A program made the translations under genes and the position numbers. Under the pieces are notes generated by a model that was given only the letters and a program-made list of their open reading frames with translations, searched no databases and had not been told where the DNA came from. A DNA stretch of 64,000 nt from a virus. Taxonomy: Duplodnaviria > Caudoviricetes. Of this stretch, positions 59,501 through 64,000 are shown one piece after another (within the stretch, counting starts at the first letter, position 1; every line of letters starts with the position of its first letter). The stretch is taken from IMG/VR virus record IMGVR_UViG_3300033121_002300, positions 1 to 64,000 of that record, one strand, 5' to 3'.

Positions 59501-62500
59501 GGTATGGGAATAAACCTCCAAAAGAACGGTAACACAATGAAATTGATTCCATTTACAGATAAAGATATTGAAAAAATTTCAAATGGCGAAATAACAAAAG
59601 CGAGTACAGTTTTTGCTAAACCAGATGAAAAAACAGGGCTACCATTTAGACCTGAAACAAATGGATTATTTGACCCAGCAAAAACAGGTGGACTTAAAGG
59701 GACGAATTTCACTCATATAAATTTAGCTGTCCCTGTTGTCAATTCAATGTTTGAAAAACCAATAAGAACATTGCTTAATCTTAAACAGGACGAGTTTAAA
59801 AAAATATCAGAAGGAAGCAAAACTGTAACAATAAATAATGAAGAGTTAACAGGGGGAAAGGCAATACACGAATTACTTAAATCAATAAATCCCAAAACAG
59901 AACTAGATAAATTAAAAACAAATGTATTAACAACTAAGTCAATAACAAAAAAAGACGATATGATAAAAAAAATAAAATACTTACAACCCTTGGTTGAAAA
60001 TAAATTACTACCACATGAAGCTTATACTTTTACGAAATTACCGGTAATACCTCCAGCTTTCAGACCAATTTACCCTGACTCAGAAGGCAAAATGGTGGTA
60101 TCAGATGCAAATCATTTATATAAAGAAGTTATTGAATTTAATAATCAAATGAAAAGTCCATTAATGCAAGCATTAGATCACAATGATCCCATTTATCAAA
60201 AGGCACATAGGAATTTATTTAATTCAATAAAAAAACTACAGGGGCTTGATGGCACAACTGATTCAATGGATTTTTCAGCAAGAGAACCAAAAGGGTTTCT
60301 TCAGACGATAGTTGGAACAAATGCAAAGTATGGGTATTTCCAAAATAAATTAGTTTCTAAAGTTCAAGATTTGGTAGGGCGAAGTGTAATTACCCCTGAT
60401 ACTAAATTAGGTATAGATGAATTAGGTATTCCTGAGCCAATGGCCTGGGAATTATACACCCCATTTATCATTGGAGAGCTATCAAAAAGCGGATACGCAC
60501 TTCCTCAAGCAACAGAAGAAGTTAAAAACCGAACACAACTTGCTAGGAATATTTTACAATCACAAATGAAAGAAAGACCGGTTATATTAAACAGAGCTCC
60601 AACGCTGCATAAATTTAATATGATGGCTTTTAAACCTTCGCTAACTAACGGAAAACAAATAACAATGCCCTCGTTAGTTAATCGTGGATTTAATGCTGAC
60701 TATGACGGGGATACAGTATTATCATCGGTGTTTTGTAGGTTTAAATTAGTTGACATTAAATCAATTAACAAGTATAATACAAATGGAAACATTTATATTG
60801 AGGAAAATATTATGACATTCACAAACAAAATCTTATATCAAAATGGATTAATTAATCTTAGGGATTTTCCAAGAATTGAAGAAACAAAAATAGTCAAAGA
60901 TAATAAAGAATTTTATAAAGTGCCACAAGGGGTTGAGGTTTTAACTTTAAATAATGAAGGAGAGTTTAAATGGTTACAGGTTGATGAATATTCAATACAT
61001 AAAAACTTAATAATGAATGAGATTTCAACTCATAAAAACAGAACAGTTCAGGCTAGTAACGATCACTCATTTGTAACACTTGATTCTGATTTAAATATAA
61101 TAATGTCCAAAGCTGAATTAAATATGTTAATCCCGTGTAAGGTATCACCGGTTTTCCAGAGTTCTATTTATGATCTAAAATTAGAATTTAAAGATAGAAC
61201 GAATAGAAAGCATACATTTAGAGATAGAATGGAATTAAATTATTTTACTGGTCACTTAATTGGATGTATTGTCGGTGACGGATGGGTCTCATCCGTAGCA
61301 AAAGATAAAGGAGCTATTTGCTTTGCTTCTATTACACAGGAGTTAAACAAGCAGTGGAAAAAAACAATAGAAAAGTATATCGTTTCAGAATCAGAGGTAG
61401 TTCACTTATCATCAGTTAATTGTGATCATGTATATGAAGGGTTTGAATGTAAATCAAATAAAATAACTTGGTTTTCAGCAGGGGAATTCGCTTTATTGAT
61501 TAAAGATTGGGTTGGACATGGAGCTCAAAAAAAACATTTACCACCATTCTTCCTTGAGTCACCAATTGATTTTCGTAAAGGGCTTTTGGCTGGATTACTG
61601 GATACAGATGGTACTGTTAGTATTAATTCATCAGGAATAAGAAAGAATAAGTCTCAAGCTAATATTTCTATTTGCACAACATCTTATCAATTAGCTCATG
61701 AGATTATAGCGTTATCTAATTCTTTAGGTTATATATGTGGATTACAATATTCACAAACACCAAAAGGAGAGCCTTGTTATTATTGCATATTTGATACAGA
61801 GAGTATTCTAAAAATAAAAAAAGAAATATTGCTTTATCATCCAGAAAAGGCCAACAAATTAAAACAAATCAGAGACAATGCAAATATTGAAAGAGAAAAA
61901 TATGGCCCCCCATTAACGGTATCAAGATTAAATGAGCTAAGGAAAATAATAGGAGCTCCTCGTGTTTTCAAAAGAGGAACAAAGACACCAAGTTTTGAAG
62001 GTAAGGAACTTGAAATAGCATATTTAAAACGAAATTTAAACGCTGAAATTGCAGCACAAATAAAAAAATTAGACGGAAGATGTGGTCATTTAACGCTAGG
62101 AAAATGTAAGGAAATAATCTCCCTTAATTTATCTGAAATAAATGAAGACCCATTTTGGTTGCGTTGGAAAGATTGGGTATTAAATCCTGATGTTTCTTGG
62201 GAGCGTATAACTGATATTAAGCCACTACCTTTTATAACCGAAGCTTACGATTTAACCATCCCTCCTGCATATACAATGGTAACCGAGTCCGGTATTGTTG
62301 TTTGGGATTCTCTTAACGTCCATATGCCTGTGGCTCCCGATGCTGTTAAAGAGGCATGGAAGATGCTCCCGTCAAATAATCTATTTAATCCATTAAATAA
62401 AAATCCAATGTTTATGCCAGATCAAGAAGCTGTAATGGGGCTTTATCAAATAAGCACGCCAAAACAAAATACACCGATAATGAAATTTAAAAGCATTGAA

Positions 62501-62569
62501 GATGCAAAAAAAGCTTATCATGATGGTAAAATAGATATAAATGATCATATTGAGGTACAAAACAAATAA
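56594..62569 (+). CDS. multisubunit-type DNA-directed RNA polymerase, beta fused to N-terminal beta', with intein
   Basis: beta motifs: QRCAMGAKMLTQA, GSKLAGRYGNKG, IMNPSTIPSRMNVGQ, ARSTGKY. beta' motifs: VIPPAFRP, SDANHLY, KVQDLVGRSVI, LNRAPTLH, NADYDGD|SLNVH. Confidence 0.95.
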   Translation: MRQPDQYTKAIQDSLKQVLEQTYSKIDGKNKSIELNNITFDPIPESDNYAKQKKILLNKETEGVNFYGDVRLVDKESGKIIDEKKKLKLGLLPTVTDRHSFIINGKEYNVFNQLRLQPGIYTKIDQNGLPVAGFNLEKGKNMQITYVPAKERMMLKIENTNIPLYTLLKDVYNLPESKLIEAFGKEFHGYQIDKYKNDSERYLNNLYKALTGNEVSGRTPNQMAIEIKERLSKTSMNPEITKMTTGKEFSSVTSDSILEGAKQVLGIHQGKINPSERDNLAFKSVLSAEDFIKEKFTKLAPQIKNKIKFKLDKSDKIMDTGISRQVRETLNDFFTKSRLVNYSQQINPMEFLESSHKITSIGEGAISDVHSLPIENRDIHWSFGGFIDPVRTPDNMRAGADVRTAMSAWKEGNTLKSLAFNKSGQPVEVSPAELFYKTYSMLNQKSTIKENGQELFPAFRKGNIVYVPKKEIDFFVKPDYAFTPTTAYIPFLESNQGQRCAMGAKMLTQALSLKDRETPLISTDASKLIENSYVPKSKVDGVVEKINKDTLEIRDENGNIHHHNVPNNFPLNYHSFLDFTPLVKPGDKVKQGDVLGDTNFSRNGKMALGVNLNVAYMPYKGLNNDDAFVITQQGADKLTSLHTFIYELPLSPGIIADKEKFRSYYPNKYSVQQLMKIQNSIIKQGAKVEPGDPLILALRKKSESPEVLMIGKMSSRISNPYEDISISWDKDYPGEVIEVVSAGDHLKVIVKAESPMVIGSKLAGRYGNKGVVAEIIPNHLAPKKENGEIPDIIMNPSTIPSRMNVGQTLETGLAKIIKNKGLNSQYIQNFSGVKNIEEMEKAMDKAGIKGSETYIDPETGKKIPNVFNGYQYILKLFKEAETAYSARSTGKYDIDLRPMRGGVEGSKAIGMLDFYGVLAHKGGNRALLSEMGTLKAEYNPEFWSSLLQGKPLPAPKPTFAFNKFIGMMQGMGINLQKNGNTMKLIPFTDKDIEKISNGEITKASTVFAKPDEKTGLPFRPETNGLFDPAKTGGLKGTNFTHINLAVPVVNSMFEKPIRTLLNLKQDEFKKISEGSKTVTINNEELTGGKAIHELLKSINPKTELDKLKTNVLTTKSITKKDDMIKKIKYLQPLVENKLLPHEAYTFTKLPVIPPAFRPIYPDSEGKMVVSDANHLYKEVIEFNNQMKSPLMQALDHNDPIYQKAHRNLFNSIKKLQGLDGTTDSMDFSAREPKGFLQTIVGTNAKYGYFQNKLVSKVQDLVGRSVITPDTKLGIDELGIPEPMAWELYTPFIIGELSKSGYALPQATEEVKNRTQLARNILQSQMKERPVILNRAPTLHKFNMMAFKPSLTNGKQITMPSLVNRGFNADYDGDTVLSSVFCRFKLVDIKSINKYNTNGNIYIEENIMTFTNKILYQNGLINLRDFPRIEETKIVKDNKEFYKVPQGVEVLTLNNEGEFKWLQVDEYSIHKNLIMNEISTHKNRTVQASNDHSFVTLDSDLNIIMSKAELNMLIPCKVSPVFQSSIYDLKLEFKDRTNRKHTFRDRMELNYFTGHLIGCIVGDGWVSSVAKDKGAICFASITQELNKQWKKTIEKYIVSESEVVHLSSVNCDHVYEGFECKSNKITWFSAGEFALLIKDWVGHGAQKKHLPPFFLESPIDFRKGLLAGLLDTDGTVSINSSGIRKNKSQANISICTTSYQLAHEIIALSNSLGYICGLQYSQTPKGEPCYYCIFDTESILKIKKEILLYHPEKANKLKQIRDNANIEREKYGPPLTVSRLNELRKIIGAPRVFKRGTKTPSFEGKELEIAYLKRNLNAEIAAQIKKLDGRCGHLTLGKCKEIISLNLSEINEDPFWLRWKDWVLNPDVSWERITDIKPLPFITEAYDLTIPPAYTMVTESGIVVWDSLNVHMPVAPDAVKEAWKMLPSNNLFNPLNKNPMFMPDQEAVMGLYQISTPKQNTPIMKFKSIEDAKKAYHDGKIDINDHIEVQNK
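60713..62308 (+). mobile_element. 532 aa LAGLIDADG intein with atypical ends
   Basis: Follows NADYDGD; ASNDHS (B), LIGCIVGDG and LLAGLLDTDG (LAGLIDADG), AYDLTI (F); ends IVVWD|S. Confidence 0.85.
60750..60814 (+). promoter_or_regulatory. perfect sigma70 promoter, RBS and in-frame ATG inside the intein
   Basis: TTGACA 60750-55, 17 nt spacer, TATAAT 60773-78, GAGG 60800-03, ATG 60812 in the RNAP frame. Confidence 0.75.
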
Positions 62570-64000
62570 TGTTTAATGAATTATTATCCACCATGTCTAA
62601 TATTAAAAGCCCTCAAACGGATTTAGGTCAATTTTTACCAACCGTTTTTGCTAGTCAAGGTAACTTTTCTCCCTTGTTATTTAACAAGACCCTTGATTTG
62701 TACAATCAAAAATATAATAAAAATGAAAAAAATCCATTTAATAAATATGTTAATAATTATATGGGTTCAAATGTTGTAAAGAATATAAAGGAATATAAAG
62801 GACTTATTGACAATGAGAAGGCTATTTATGGAGCAAAAGAACCTGGATTTTCATCCTTATTTCTAAATGCAAAAGGTTCTGTAAATAGAACTTCCCCTTA
62901 CGAAGAAGTTTTAAAAGCAGGGAAGATTAGAGCTGAATCTTTAAATAAATTAGTTGATTCAGATATTTCTCATACTACCACAAATCTAGGTACTAATATG
63001 GCATTGCTACAGGGAGAAAATCTAGCTAAAAATTTCATAACTCAAAAAGCCGTTGGCAAAGCTACTGAGTTAATAGCAGATAAAGTTGGAGATAAACTCA
63101 AAGATAAATTCAAGAACTATAACCAAGATCAAATAGCTAAAGTCATAACTGAGACCAGTGATAGGATATCAGGGTTTAATAGATCGAAATTAGGATTAAT
63201 GGATATTGCTAAGTTTATAAATCCAGTGCCTATAATGTTAGGTTCAGCTGGTTTAAAAGCTGGTAATGCGGTAGTAAAACAAGGTTTAATGGGAGTGCTT
63301 GGAGTGCAAGATGCCTATCATGCAACAAGTAATGAATCAGCTAAAAAGATAGTAGAACACGGGTTAGATCCATCAAGAGGCGGGCAAAAAGGTGGTGCGA
63401 CAAGGGCTTTAATGAGAGAAGCTTATGAGTCTAATAAGATATACCCAACAATAAAAGCAGCCCCATTGATCTCCCAGCAGCGAGATGCTTATTTAAAAGT
63501 TCCAGTATATGACTTATTCGATCAGGCTGTTCAAAGAAGTTATGTTGGGACAGGTTTAGTCGGAAAGGGTTCAGTTGGATATTATGCGGCAAAGACAAAC
63601 CCTGAAGGTTTTATGGAAAAGGTTAAAAACGTTATTGAATCTACTGCATTAGCACGAAAACAACTAGAACAAACTTCATTCAAGAATCCAATAAAAAAAA
63701 TAAAAGCATTTGCGAACACAGCCAAAGAAGTTGCTAAAACTCCACTAAAGGTAAATGACTTATACAATTTTTTATACTCAAAGAATCCTGAAGAAATGAA
63801 AATCGTTGCAACCGCAATGCCGTTCAATGAGTTCCATCAAAGATTTGAACCAGATCCTCAAGATGTTGCATATCTTAGAACAGGATACAGAACTAAGAGA
63901 CCGAAAGAGATAGACCCCTTAGGTGAAAAAACATTTACGATGACTGATGATCAACTAGATAAACACGTATCAGATGCTCTTGAGGGTGTATCAAAGTCTG
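62569..64000 (+). CDS. truncated large ORF, putative virion protein with an ART-like motif (not in ORF track)
   Basis: TAATG overlap with the RNAP stop; open by hand translation to the window end (MFNELLSTMSNIKSPQ...); contains AYHATSNESAKKIVEHGLDPSRGG. Confidence 0.75.
   Translation, partial: MFNELLSTMSNIKSPQTDLGQFLPTVFASQGNFSPLLFNKTLDLYNQKYNKNEKNPFNKYVNNYMGSNVVKNIKEYKGLIDNEKAIYGAKEPGFSSLFLNAKGSVNRTSPYEEVLKAGKIRAESLNKLVDSDISHTTTNLGTNMALLQGENLAKNFITQKAVGKATELIADKVGDKLKDKFKNYNQDQIAKVITETSDRISGFNRSKLGLMDIAKFINPVPIMLGSAGLKAGNAVVKQGLMGVLGVQDAYHATSNESAKKIVEHGLDPSRGGQKGGATRALMREAYESNKIYPTIKAAPLISQQRDAYLKVPVYDLFDQAVQRSYVGTGLVGKGSVGYYAAKTNPEGFMEKVKNVIESTALARKQLEQTSFKNPIKKIKAFANTAKEVAKTPLKVNDLYNFLYSKNPEEMKIVATAMPFNEFHQRFEPDPQDVAYLRTGYRTKRPKEIDPLGEKTFTMTDDQLDKHVSDALEGVSKS

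Noticed and set aside
1-64000. CRISPR array, tRNA or rRNA genes, IS elements
   Set aside because: No regularly spaced repeats, cloverleaf or CCA patterns, rRNA-like tracts or transposase motifs seen by eye; a tRNAscan or Infernal run would be needed to exclude them fully.

Overview
This AT-rich window uses the standard genetic code and looks like part of a large (jumbo-type) myovirus genome. No tRNA, rRNA or CRISPR array was seen. About 0-25 kb (+ strand) is a replication, nucleotide-metabolism and accessory arm: SSB, class II ribonucleotide reductase with a mini-intein, a small tail-fibre-like module, patatin, a C5-methyltransferase-like protein lacking its catalytic motifs, a DExH helicase with an intein, Sak/Rad52, RlpA, RecR, dUTPase and many small unknowns. 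About 25-56 kb is a strand-switching virion module: exonuclease, amidase, probable portal, holin, baseplate/tail proteins, sigma factor, sheath, two tube paralogs, neck proteins, probable major capsid protein and prohead protease, and a set of head-cluster proteins sharing a K-x-A motif. From 56.6 kb there is a fused beta/beta'-N multisubunit RNA polymerase with a non-canonical intein, followed by a truncated ORF with an ADP-ribosyltransferase-like motif. The most striking signals are: (1) a perfect sigma70 promoter, RBS and in-frame ATG inside the RNAP intein, which also has atypical Thr...Trp-Asp ends; (2) a DUF559-type endonuclease fully overprinted in the +1 frame of the helicase intein; (3) a G GGA AAG -1 frameshift signal with upstream SD in an accessory gene; (4) a pervasive K-x-A(S/N) motif, a candidate protease site, in head proteins; (5) an intact but catalytically disarmed C5 methyltransferase. 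All family calls come from motif recognition by eye; no database search was run.
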